This document shows, piece after piece, positions 34,066-46,471 of a stretch of 64,000 nucleotides of DNA. Position numbers and translations under genes: made by a program. This DNA comes from Saprolegnia diclina VS20 (taxonomy: Eukaryota): assembly GCF_000281045.1 (NCBI RefSeq), contig NW_008246083.1, forward strand, positions 570,186-634,185, read 5' to 3'. The notes under the pieces were generated by a model. It made no database searches. It saw only the letters and a program-made list of their open reading frames with translations, and was not told where the DNA came from. Positions within the stretch are counted from its first letter, which is position 1; the number at the start of each line of letters is the position of its first letter.

Positions 34066-37000
34066 TCAATTGACAAAGTTGTCGACCAGCGGGTCGAGGC
34101 TGTTGCTCGACGGCGTTGGTGGGAGATTCACACGCGGGAGGTTGATGCGTCCGACGTGCAACTTTCGCTGTGGCTTGCGGTGCGACGCGCCGACGAGCAC
34201 TGCGTCCGCCGTCTGCACCCGCCGCCCCGAATTCTGGTTGTTGTCGACGGCTGGCGGCAGTGTCGTCATCGAGGCCGATGTCAACGGACGGTCCAGCGTC
34301 TTTTCACCGAGAAGCACGTCCAGGCTCGGACACGCGACCATGATCTTGGCCGGACCTTCGTAGCGCTGCGGTACTTGGTTGGAGCTGTTGCGCTGGCGAA
34401 GGATGAGACCCTACCCCGCGCCAAGTCAAAAAACCATTTTCCAAGTTGGCACCCACCTGTGGTTTCCACGGGTCGGTCTGCATGCCTGTCGCGTCGAGCG
34501 TGGGCATCACGAGGATGCCAATATCGCGGTTCGTGTCCTTCCGAAACTGAATCGCGTCCTCAAACGATTTGACCTAACAGCATGTTGTTGGACCATCGTG
34601 GACAAGTTGTCTTCGTACGGTGCCCGCGAGAATCGACACGGTGTCGTGGAGCTTGCCAATGTCGACATCTTTCTCTTGCAGCTTCTTGGCCATCTAGAGG
34701 CAGTTAATTTACTTGAGGCGTCGATAACGTCGTCCGTCCACCTGCTCGTTGAGGTCGATTTCACGGTCCAAAGTCTTGGACTTCTCCATCATGATGAATG
34801 CAATTTTGCGTTTTTCTTCCAAGAGCCGGTTGCGCTCCAGCTCAATGTCGCCCGACTAGAACAGAGTCAAGTCTGCGTCAACGTCAAGAGGAAAGACCTC
34901 GCGCTCGTAGGACCGCATCTTGTCTTGGAGCTGCGTGAGGTCGTTGGTGGTGATGCGCGACATGCGTTCGAGCTTGGCCGTGTTGGTGCGCTCCGTGTCG
35001 AGCGACATCTTGAGCCGTTCGACAGTGTCCTGGAGCTTCTCGATGTCGACGGCTTGGTTCTACTCCATAGAGAAGATTTCGCGATCGAAGATCGTCGCCC
35101 TCGGACCTCGCACGTCTTTTTAAACATGAGCGATTCGTGCTTGACTTCAAGCATGAAGTCGTACGCACGTTTGAGGTCCCCAATGTACTAGACACTAGTC
35201 TAGATAGTGCTCGATACAAAGATTGTGTACCAAGTCGACGCGCTCGTTGTAGACGTACACGTAGTTGTTGAGGACCTTTTCCTCGTACAACTCGCGCTTC
35301 ATAATGGCGCGCTTGGCCTAACGCAAATCTCTTGGTGGCCACATCGACATGAAGAAACCAAACGAGAATTTCCGGCGGCAGTGTCGTCCTAACGCACACA
35401 ACAATTGTTAGCTCCAGATGGACGACCCCACGAGCTATACTTGGAGGGTTCGTCTTCGGGTACGACGACCGGCAGCGGCTCGATCGGCGCGACGAGCTGC
35501 GAATTTTGGTAAAATTGGTAAATTTCGTCGGCAATTCGGCTAAAAAACGCCTCGAACGACACGACTTTGCGCTCATATCGGTCAACTTCGGCCTTGAGCG
35601 CGTCGATCTACATTGGCGCGGTAGTCTCGCGAGACATATTGTCTATTGTACATTTTCGCGCGAGCTCTTGAGCGTTCGAAAGAGCTCGGTTTCACTTTGG
35701 TTGCGCTCACTGTCTTCGGCCACGTAGTCCTTGATGCTAAGAGGCATGGGCTCTCTCGATATCCGAAGAAATGCCATTGTACGTGGCTTCGAGCGCTTGG
35801 TTGGTCAGCGTGAGCTCGGTGTTCTGCGCCTTTTGCTGCGCCAAATGCTTGTCCGACTCGTGGACCTTGTTGCGCAGGAGCTTGCACTTGTCCTGCATGT
35901 CCTTCATCTCGGACATGAGCTGAACGAGTTCGCCGTTCTGGCCCGTCTTTTTCAAGACGTGCCGCTTCTTTTTGCTGTCCAAATCGACACTGCCAGGGCG
36001 CTCGATCGTCTCTTGCCGCTACCCCATTGATTATGTAGATATAGACCAAGATCTCTGAGACCATACACCAGTCGACGACGGCGTGTGCTGTCGGGACGAG
36101 TCCGAGAGCATGCTCGCGTCCGTCATTGGCGTCATGGGACGGCTCGGCAGTTGCAAGTTCGGTCGCAGCTCGCTGTCCGAGTCGTCGTCGTCGCCGGTGT
36201 AGGACGGAATGAAAAAATCAGGTTCGTCGTCGTCGTCGTCGTCATAGAAGCGCTTCATAACTTCGGACGCCAAGTCGTTTTCGCGCATGAGGGCTTGGTC
36301 GAGCAAAAGCCGCTACCCCATGGTGTCGTAAAGGAGGGGTAGGGTAGGGTAGGGGTCGGACCAGAAAGTCCACTTCTTGGCTCCACAGCGTCGCTTCGTC
36401 GTGCAGCTGGGTTTGATGGGCGCGCTCGACGCCGTCCGCTTGGCTCGCTACTTGGGCGTATAGCTCTTGGTACTCGGTCATGTCGCGCCGAGCCCGCTCC
36501 GCCTCGGCCGTGAGCTGCTTGCAGCGCTTCTTCTCATCAAGGTACCGCTCGTGCGTGTTTTCGCGCGCCATTTCTTCGCCCGCCAGTTGGTCTTCGAGCT
36601 GCCGCTTGGTCTGTTCAAACTTGGTCGCGAGCGTCGCCAAGTCTTGTTTGCATTTGACGAGCGACTCTTGCACAATCTCCGACACGTGGAGTTGTTCCTT
36701 GTGTTTGGTTGCCAACGCGTTAAACTCGGTCGCAAAATGCGTTTTAAGTTCCGTCATGTCGTCGAGCTGGCGCTGGGTGCCATCGCACTCGGCTTGGTAC
36801 CGCACGCAGTCGACCTTGAGCGCCGCGTGGCTCTGCATGAGCGCATCGAGCTACCGTAACCAGGGGTTCACACAATGTCACCACAGATATGTACTTCGTC
36901 TTGGATGTCGTCGCGGTGGCGCACGAGCAGTTTGTTCTGTTTGGTCACTTCGGCGTGCTCCGCGTGGAGCTCCTTGAGCTAGCACAAGTGTCATTTGACA

Positions 37001-37807
37001 AGTACAATCCACCAACTATGGGTACCTGCTGCGTGAGCTTTGAGACACTCTCGGTCGTGGCGGTGGCGGCGTGCAGCTTGGATTTCAGCTCGGCCAGCAA
37101 AGTCTTTTGATCCCGCTCGGCCTTGCGCGAGATCTGGAGCTGTTCGAGTGTGAACGCATTCTCCTTTGTGAGGGCACGCAGGCGCTGCTGGAGCGCGTCG
37201 GAGATCTCGGTCGCTTCCTTGAGCTCGGCGCGCAGCCGGTGTACAATGCCTCCACATGGCACGTCTCGGCCTCGTACGACAACAAGTCGATACCTTTCAT
37301 GTTCTGCCCGCCTTTCTGCGCCTTGGCACAGAGCGACCGCGCTTCATTGAGCTCTTGCGTCTACAACGACGCGTCGACGAGTGGACGAAAGATCAAGCAA
37401 CGTACTTCGCCGTGAACAAGCTCGAGCGTCCCGCCGCACGCGTCGCACGGGTGCACGCGGAGGTACGTCTGGGACGGTGCAAAGAGCGGAAGCGTGTCCC
37501 GGAGGTCCACGGACGGCAGCGCATGCACGCGTTCGTCGACCGAGCCCGGATACAGCTCGCGCGCCAAGAGGTTCTCTTTGACGACAATCACATCGCGGTG
37601 GTAAGCATGTCGGATTGTCTAGATATACATCAAAACGGAGCGACACCCTCCGAGAGCCTGTACATCGATGAGTGCGCACCGCCGCGCGAGGCGCTCCTTG
37701 AGAATCTCAATGTGCTGGTCCTTGGTGAGCGACGGCTCGACCTCGGCCTCGGCGAGGTACGAGTCGAGCTCGAGCGCGGCCTTGGACTCGAGGCTTGGCG
37801 CCTCCAT
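34066..37807 (-). CDS. Long multi-exon coiled-coil protein, function unknown
   Basis: Series of E/K/Q/L-rich heptad exons joined by short GT-AG introns; N-terminal PCDACGG; 3' end approximate. Confidence 0.65.
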
Positions 37808-37847
37808 CGGTTTTAGAGCGTGTAATTTTAGCCCGTATATTCGGCGG

Positions 37848-39776
37848 ATGTCCCTCGATGCACCGCGCCGGATGCGGGTCAAGGTCCGAATGCAAGCGAG
37901 TGCGCGCGAGCATGCGGCGCTGCACGCAGCCATGCAGCGACACCGACTCACTCGCAAGACGATCTACGTCCTCGTGCTTGGGCATCACGGCTTGACGTTT
38001 CTTGTCGCGATAGCGCTCGGCGGTGCCCACTTTGCCAGTGCCACCGAGGTGCTGGGGGGGCGCCCCCCCTCGGGCGTCGCCTACCTTCTCGTGGGCCTCC
38101 TGCATCTGAGCGCCTGCATGACGTGGGCGCCAACCCACCTGATGTGGGTCATTTGACGCCACAAACTCTCACCCTCCACCGCGACGTGGAGAGCGTATGC
38201 ACCGTACTTGCACGCGCTCGAGATGGCGGCGCACGTGTACACGGCGTCGAATATGGCCGCGACGCTCGTCGAGCCAAGCTGCCCGCTCGGCTTCGCGTAC
38301 CTCGTGGCCCTGCACATGGCGTGGACGAGCAAGAGCCTTGTTCCCCCCATGGTGTGTGCCAAGCGGCCGACACTTCGCACCCCGCTCGTCTCGCTCTCGT
38401 ACGCGCTGCTGTCGTTTTACGTGTCTGTGGGCTATGTGCTTTGGGTGCTCGTGGTGCCAGCCGCGACCACCATCTCTCATTTTCGCCACCAGAGCCGCGA
38501 TTTTGACTGGGCCGCCACGCACGTTCCGACGTGGCGCTTCGTCCTCTCGTCGGAGCCGCTGGATATAGCCACGCGGCTCATTGCTCTCGTCGCCACGTAC
38601 GTGCGGCTTCATACGGTGGTCGCTGCGGTCCGCGTCGTGCCGAGCCGCGTCAAGCGCACGCATACGCTCAACTCGATCTCGGAAGACAAGACGAGCGATG
38701 GGCGACGCGCTGTGCTGCGGCTGCTGCCCGCGACCAAAGAACTCCTCGACAAAGTACGTCCGGGGTCTGTCGCTAAAGCGCTGCCCGTGATTCTACCTGC
38801 CAACCGACGCTGGCGCGTCGGCTTGTACTTTATCTACAACCTTCTCGCGCTCACACTGCTGGTGCTAACGACGCACCGAAGCTACTTTCGCTTAGCGTGC
38901 CCGCCGGGCTGTCGCGTCGCGTCGCCGTCCTGGGCGAACGAGCGCTGTCACTGTGTTTATTTTCGATGGGACTGCGCGGTCGATGGCCCCATGGACGCGT
39001 GGGACACCTATTTTCAGATCCTCTCGAGCCCGACGCTGTTGTGGCTCCACCTCCAGCGCTGCCCGCTGCCAAACGGCCTGCGCGCCGACACGCTGGCCTT
39101 GTTTCCATGTCTCTACGGTCTCCATTTCGAAGCGTCCGAGCTGCGGCGCTGGGACATTCCACAGCTGCCGTCGACGATTGCCAGCGTCTTTTTGCACGGC
39201 ACGAACCTCCGTGGCCTGCCACCGGCACTTCTATCCCCGCCGTTATCGCTCCAGACACTGTATGTGACCGACTCGCCGGCGCTGGGCGACCTCCCATCGA
39301 CAGTGTATGCGAGCTGGCACGCGCTTCGCGACATTGCGCTCACAAACACAAGTCAAACGAGCCTCTCGGGGCAAATTCAAAAGCTGCAGGCGCTCGAGTA
39401 CTTGGACGTGGGACACAATGCGCTCACCGAGCTGCCGCCAGAGCTTACGAAGCTGCCGCATATTCAGTTGGTCTTTGCGGACCACAATCAGTTGGTCGAG
39501 ATCCCCGCCGCGCTCGTGGCCGCCTACCCGTCGCTCCAGCTGGTGCTCAACAGTAATCCGATCAGCACGGTGCCCCTAAGTCTTCTCAACGCCGTGCAGC
39601 TCCACCTCATCCACGTGGCGTCCACAACGTACTGCAATGCGACGCGCTCGAGTGTCTGCTACCGCGACTGCGCCCCGAGCTGCGCGGCGCCCCGCGTCGG
39701 CGACAACTACTGCGACAGTCGGTGCAACGTCCTTGGCTGCAACTACGACGGCGGCGACTGCTTGCCGTTGCCCTAG
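37848..39776 (+). CDS. Multi-TM protein with leucine-rich repeats and C-terminal LNR (Lin-12/Notch) repeat; in-frame TGA at 38154
   Basis: Hydrophobic N-terminal half; LRRs (LEYLDVGHNALTELPPEL, LVFADHNQLVEIP); LNR CAPSC...VGDNYCDSRCNVLGCNYDGGDC. The two listed ORFs share one frame. Start uncertain (37848, 37872 or 37890). Confidence 0.75.
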
Positions 39777-39859
39777 ACAAAAGCACCGAGTGGATCGCAT
39801 TTTGAATAGAAGGATAGGCTTCATCATAAAGGGTATCTAGTAGGTTACAAGTCAACAAC

Positions 39860-41932
39860 TTAGTAGGTTATTAGGAGCCAACAACTCGAGGCAGCGAGCA
39901 GAAGGAGGCGTGTGCTTGGCACCGAAGAGGGCGCAATGCTCGCCAACCCAAGCCCCGAGCTCAGCGAGATGTCGCCGTTCGCATCAAGCAGCTGATGACC
40001 AAACATCTCTTGGCGCAGCCTTGGCGCGAGCTCAAGCGCCAGTGGCGGCAAATGCGCGAGGCACGTCGTGTTGACCGACGACACATTTCCGTTGTTGGTC
40101 AAGTACGAGAGGATAATGTCGTAGCCACATGGACTGTCGATGACCGCGTGCGACGCATCCGAGACGTTGACAAAGAGCTTGTGGGGCGTCGTGTACTGCT
40201 CAAACTGAAATTGGGCTTGGTCGTCCGGTGTGATCGGGTCGAGACCGCCGTTGAGCACGAGGAGGCTCGTCGGTACGGGCGCGGTTCGGTTAAAGTACGC
40301 GTCGGGAGCGTAGGAAAAGCCTTTGGTCGCTGGATAGGCTTGCTCACGGCACGCTTGGTCTACGTTGCTCTCCTGGTGAAAATGAGGGCTAGGGTAGGGC
40401 TAGGGTCGTACCTCGGTGGTTGGTAAAGAGGCAGTAGGCCATGAAATCACGGTATACTGGGTTGTCAACGACTTGGTCGGTGAAATATTGAGCGAGCGTG
40501 GCCAAGGGCGGCGCGGGTGAGTAGAAAAGCTGGTGCTCAGACGCCAAGATGACGTAGTAGAGCACGAGCGAGTCGTAGTCAGACGTAAAGTTCGGCTCGA
40601 GGAGGTCGTTGTCAAGCAAGTACGGACCCACGTACGTTTCGAGGACTTCAATATCTGCGTCCGAGCACCTACGCTCTATGTAAAAACAGCAAGAACTCAG
40701 CGTGTGTTGCACCCTTGGAGCAGCGTCAAGAGCGGGTAAAACGACGTGCGCAATGTGCTGGCTTCTACAAGTGCCGCAAAGAGCCGACGGGCGGCAAACG
40801 ACGGCGGGTCGACTGGCGCACGTCCCGCCACATCTTGCAGCCATGACGCGCACTCGGGTGTCGCGCCATCGTCGAGTTCGCTGTAGTACATGCGCAGTGT
40901 GTCCTCCAGCGGCGTGTCGGAACCAGTGACGCCCTTGTCCAACGCGCGAAGATACCGTGCGACTAGAGTGGGGTTACGTATTTAGTTGATGACCACTCGT
41001 GAGACGTACCGACGGCCCCGTACGCTGCGTCGCCGTTGGGCACGTCGAGCGTCTCGGGCACGATGCTGTCGAGTAAATACCCGCGGAACGTGAACTCGTG
41101 CGCGAGGTGCAACACGCGCGCCATCAAGTACGAGCCGTAGCTCACGCCGTAGACGTACCAGTCGACGTCGGGATCAATGATTGGGCTCAAGTACGTCAAG
41201 TCCTACGCCTCCTTGTCATCCTCTAGCATAAAAAATACACCGCACCTTGGCGGCGCTCGTCGTCGAGAACGCGTCGGCGGTCGGGCCGTACTGGGCGTGA
41301 AGTCGGTCAACGCACGCAGCGAGGTCTTGTGCGTATTTGAGGTCCTAATTTGCGGTTGGTGACAGGTTGCGAACGTGACAACGACGACGTACACCGTCGC
41401 ATGTGAGCTTGGCGCTGCGGCCCGACCCGCGGTGGTCCATGGTGTAGACGCTGAACGTACCGTTGAGGTCCATAAAGAGGTCTTGCATAAGGATCTCCAC
41501 TGAGCAATTCAGTAGATTTAGACTCTAGCGCGTCACACCAGAAGAGCGTACTGTCGACAGACGAACAGCCTGGCCCGCCGTCCATGACCCAGATTGCACT
41601 TGTAGCAACGGGCGACGCAATGCGCTTGACAAAGATCGGCAGCGTCTCCGTACCATCGCAAATGCCTACGATCGTGAGTATAGAACCCTGCGCAAGAGCG
41701 CACCGGGATGACAGAGCGGCATGGAAAACACTTGGCATTCGGCGGCCAAGGCGGCACCGCGCTGTCGACGCGCCACGTCGGCGTCGTCGTCGGTGTCGGC
41801 GTCGGCGTCATCAAATGGGATCGTATTCGGCGGGCAAGATGACCAGCCCGACGACGGGACTTGGAATGCTACGACGGACGCTGTGACGGCGGCGAGCACC
41901 ATAACAATGACAAGACGCATCGTTGTTGTCAT
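39860..41932 (-). CDS. Secreted alpha/beta hydrolase (peptidase S33/TAP-like), possibly GPI-anchored, multi-exon
   Basis: Signal peptide MRLVIVMVLAAVTASVVA; DGGPG; MDHRGSG; nucleophile elbow YGVSYGS; LNGGLDPITP; ASHAVI; hydrophobic C-terminus. Confidence 0.85.
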
Positions 41933-42148
41933 GTCGTGGTCCAAAGGACAGTGAACCCAACCGCATCCCGCGCCGAAACTGTGTTTCAAACGTGTCTCTA
42001 GCATACGTCAGCCTCTTAAATGCGTATATTACATGAGCTTTTATTATGAGAAAGATTTTATGCTTTAAACACGTACAAAAACATGCAGATTGACGATGGA
42101 CGCTACGATACAGTGTACGTGTTGGCCAGGATTCGAATCCATCGGCGC

Positions 42149-44618
42149 ATGGACAGGGGTGGCGTTCTGACCGATTCGCTGCGAGGGAAGATGCCACGAG
42201 GTGGACTTGTAGAGCTAGAACTACTGCAAGCAAAAAGCACTCGACAGCAACTGCGCCAGCAACGTTTAGAGACGATGGGGAAATGACAGCTGGACCCTTC
42301 TGGGCCCAACGTGTCGGGCGATCGTGTTGTGAGCCGTGGATGTGCGACAAGAACGGTGTTACGATCATCTTGCATAAGCAAATTCATGGCGTCCATGTCA
42401 GATCGACATGCACAGACGGCGCGACTGCTTGACGCTCACAACTGACGCTCACGGCTCCTTACTTTGCCCCGTCGAGGAATATTAATATGAAGCGTGCCCA
42501 ACCTTAACGTGAACAATCGCAAGTTGATCAACTAGTAGACAACGAAGTTATTACACAACTCGTCTACTAGTGTTCTTGACATGCTTGAAATACGTAGACG
42601 GTCTCGACTTCGAAACGGTCGTCCGACTTGTGCCATGAGGTCGACGCAAGGCCTTCGCGGTGCGCGAGAGCTCGCCAAGGCCAAGCTCTACGCCACCTCG
42701 AGCCGCCCCGAGTGGAATGTGAGGCATCAACCTGCTCAGTGAGCGATATCTTATGCGTGGTCAGAACGAGCAGCAGGACTTGAGCCAGCTTCAGTGCTCG
42801 GACAAGGAATTGGTAGAGCACAAATGGAGTGAATGCATTCGATGGTTGGCATAGGCGCTCAAGCACGAGCAGCGGACGTCTAAGCACCTCGAGACAGCCA
42901 AAGCGGACCTCTACTTCAAAGCCCAAGCGGACCAGCTCGCGGCTCGTGAGCGAGCGCTGCTTCGCGATCAAGAAGAGGTCATCTATTCATGCACGAACCC
43001 CAATCAACATTCCACACAGACGCGCAATCAGCAGTCGAATGTTCTGAGCCAGCAAGTCAAGCTCAACAAACTCTATGTATGGGGCTGCATACTGGTCAAT
43101 GTCTTACCACTTGGATTAGGAAGTCGTCGAGAAGCGCAATCACGAAGTAGCGGTACACACAGTGTTGAGCGTTCCGAGCGTAGTCAAGGTGTAGCAAAGG
43201 GAAGCCAAGCTCGATGCGCTTGAGAAGGCGTTGCGGGACCGAGAGGTCTTCTTGGCGCAGTGCCAAGCTGCGCTTCAAGCCAAGGAAGCCCAAGTCGCAC
43301 AGCCCCCAGCCCAGGTGGGTTGCCCTATGCGCTATCACAACATATCGCATGAACTGACAAGGAGGTGTCTTAGCCGCCGCCAGGATCTTGTGATGAAAGT
43401 GACAGCCGAGAGCTCGCCCTTCAACACCGCGCGCAGGTGTCAACTTGTGTCATTTTCATTCGCTTTAGCTCCTTGTAGGAGCTAGCGCTATGGGGGGAAC
43501 GGCTCGTGCTGCAAGAGAAGCAGGTATTACCATACCACTTTGTAGGCACGGAAAGCGGAAGACCACGTAGCTGGCCACGATGGAAACGCTCTTTGAGACG
43601 CGTCAACAGGAGTGGGAAGACAGCCGCCGTCGCCTCCAAGCCCAGCATGCGGATGCCGTCACGACGTGGCAGCTCGAGACGCAAGCGACGACCGTCCGGC
43701 TCGCCGAGGTACATGGCTTGTCCATCAACGCTCTTGAAACGATATCGTTAGGCGCGCGAGAAAGAATTGCGTCAGTACCAAGACAATATGTCCAAAGTAC
43801 AAAACCATCCTGCCAGTCGTGTACACCACGGACTTTGTAGTTGGCACTCGAACAAGGGCGACTGCGAGATCAAGAAGCCGTGCTCCGGGCCATCAAAGAG
43901 GCAACATCGACGATGACCAACGAGCACAAGACGCGCGATGCGGAGCTCGCAGCACGTGGTGCGCTTCCGCACACAAGCGTGAAGATACACACACCATTGT
44001 AGCGACTGCGGTCGCCGAGCGAGAGGCGGAGGTCGCAGCGAGAGCGACCGAGCTGGACGCACGCGCGCTCGAGCTGGAAACGAGAGACAATGTGCGGGTC
44101 GAGAAGGAAAAATGGCTGCGGAATCGGGTTTCGACCAACGTGTTTTGGTTGAAAGATTGATACAAACCGATGTCGTTTAGGAACGAAAACTCGACGTGCT
44201 TGCACAGGATGTCGAGACGCAGCACGAGCTCAACGTGCAAAAGACGATCGAGCTGGCTCAAGCAGCGGCTCGGCACCCGCCGCTCAACAGTACTACGGTA
44301 CGAGGCACTAGATGCTCCAACGGACTTGGAGTAATCGCGTGGGACACTATACATAGATGTCGGTCGCAGTTGCGCATACCAATGTGACCGAGGATATACC
44401 CATCGCGCTGCCTTTGGCCCAGAAGCCAAAGGAAGGTGGACGAGCCCTGCGTCGGTCGCATTCGACTTCGGTCCGCCACAGCTCGGTTGATCCGCCCAAG
44501 AACAATTATTGCAAACCCAACAACTAACGTCAACGAATCACAAGTACGGCTGTTGCAGCGTAGTACACGGGTCGAATCTCTCCACTGTGTTTGGATGGAA
44601 ACGAAGCTGCCCACTTGA
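42149..44618 (+). CDS. Multi-exon coiled-coil protein, model uncertain (may be partly degenerate)
   Basis: Exon-like pieces (REAKLDALEKALRDRE, METLFETRQQEWEDSRRRL, AEREAEVAARATELDARALELE) flanked by GT/AG; 5' part has stops. Confidence 0.45.
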
Positions 44619-45145
44619 CCCGCGAATCAACTAGGACTGAGTTCATCAATGCAACGCTCCCGGTAGCGTTTGGTGTCGCAACGGTCTGTCATCTCGGTCG
44701 TACCAGTGCATGATCGCCCATCACCATTGAACAACCAGGGATGACGTGATTACGAGCAGCTGCAGACCAACATCGAGGTCGGAATAGCCGTGCAGTTTGC
44801 GGGCGTCCCGCCGTGTCGACCAAAGAAGGCACTGGTGTGCTCTTGTCAATAACAAGCACAAACGACGTCAGTTTGATTCTCGACTCGACGGGGTACTCAT
44901 CATGCTGCGAAGCCGACTAAAGAGCAGCTTGGAAATGGGTGGTTTTCACGCCCCGGCATTGGCCAGCTGGTGCGTGACCAATGCGAGGCGAGGTGCCGAC
45001 TGGCTCATCTGAGTTGAGGCGTGCACAAGTAATATGATATTGCCCCGCCATCCTGATATTGCACCTCGGTTATCATCGTGTGTCGCGTGGCCTCTAATAC
45101 GCGATTACGACATACCACCCGACGACGGCACTTTGCTTTTGCCCC

Positions 45146-45646
45146 ATGGCGATCTGCGTCTTTAACGACTGCGGCCAGCCCGCGCTCGACGGCTCGGACA
45201 AGTGTCATTTCCACCGCAACAGGACTAAGTGCAGCGTGCCCGAGTGCACCAACCAGGTGTACGCGCGGCACCTCTGCATCCGGCACGGTGGCAAGCGCAC
45301 GTGCCAGTACCCCGACTGTGTCACGAACGCCCGCGCCGGCGACCTTTGCGCCAAGCACGGCGGCGCCAAACACAAGCCGCTCTGCTCGATCGAAGGCTGC
45401 GCCAAGAAGGCGTACGGACGCAACCGCTGCATTGCCCACGGCGGCGGCAAACAGTGTTTGGCCCCGCAGTGCCGGACCCGCGCGCGCGTGAGCGGCTACT
45501 GCTGGCGTCACCGCCACAAGACATCGGCGCCAACGGACGACCCGCTGCTTTCGATCGTGGATGCGTGGATGAACGAAGATACGCAGCACGAAGACGCGAG
45601 CGGCCCGACGCCGTACTACCCCGCGCCGAGTCCTCGCAATTCATGA
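45146..45646 (+). CDS. WRKY19-like CCCH zinc-finger repeat protein, copy 4
   Basis: MAICVFNDC, TNQVYARHLCIRHGG, YCWRHR, LLSIVDAWM. Confidence 0.85.
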   Translation: MAICVFNDCGQPALDGSDKCHFHRNRTKCSVPECTNQVYARHLCIRHGGKRTCQYPDCVTNARAGDLCAKHGGAKHKPLCSIEGCAKKAYGRNRCIAHGGGKQCLAPQCRTRARVSGYCWRHRHKTSAPTDDPLLSIVDAWMNEDTQHEDASGPTPYYPAPSPRNS

Positions 45647-46471
45647 CAGACGACGCACAAGTAATTTATCGCTGTTGGACGCTTTTTCAGTATTACGTAA
45701 GGGAATAGTCCCTTGATCAAAATCCACAAAAGCGTTTTGGCGCCAAACGGTCCCGGGCGTTTCCGCTTTGGCGACTATAAGATCTTGATGTCTTGGTGCA
45801 CGCGTTGCGCAGTCGAGCTGCGAAAGAAGGGATGGCCATCTAGTACGATAGTCATGTGTACTAGCTTATAGCTAGTGTCTAGGTGTTGGTATTGCATGTT
45901 ACATGTAGAGATACGTGTGAACACCGAAGCCACCAGCACTCCACTCACTCTACAATACACCTTTCACTACGGAGTGCGAGCTCGGAGTGCGGACGGTGGC
46001 TTCTACACACCTGGAGCCCTTTCTGTACATTTGCATTTGCTTTTGCGTTGGTCAAGACCAACACTAGGGTAAAAGGCAAGGAAAGGCGTAGCGATGGATT
46101 CTGATATATAAGGTCGCCGCGCGGTTCCCGCCAATGGTTTCGAGAGTGATGATCGATGCACCGTCCGCGATTGAACCATCATTCACACCCACCCGCGTGG
46201 CGTCGCGTCGTCTCCTCTTGCATGATGACGAGCTTGTGCTGTTGCTGGAGCTTTATGTATATATTGAAGACGTTATTGTACACAGTGAGGGAAAATTCAA
46301 AGAAGTATATTACGAGGTTGCCAAAGAGACTAGAAAATGTGTTACAGCGCGGGCGACGTGGCTGGTGTTTGTGTTATAAATACGGCGTGGAGCATGCAGA
46401 GAGGGCGCTACTGGAAGAGAGAGGACGAGGCTTCACGAGAGGACTTATGGATGATCGGGCCTCGAGGAATC

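Noticed and set aside
38154..38156. Selenocysteine reading of the in-frame TGA
   Set aside because: Not in a redox motif and no SECIS seen in the short 3' region.
46134..46379. ORF with HDDELVLLLEL resembling the zinc-finger acidic tail
   Set aside because: Match too short and no finger remnants upstream.
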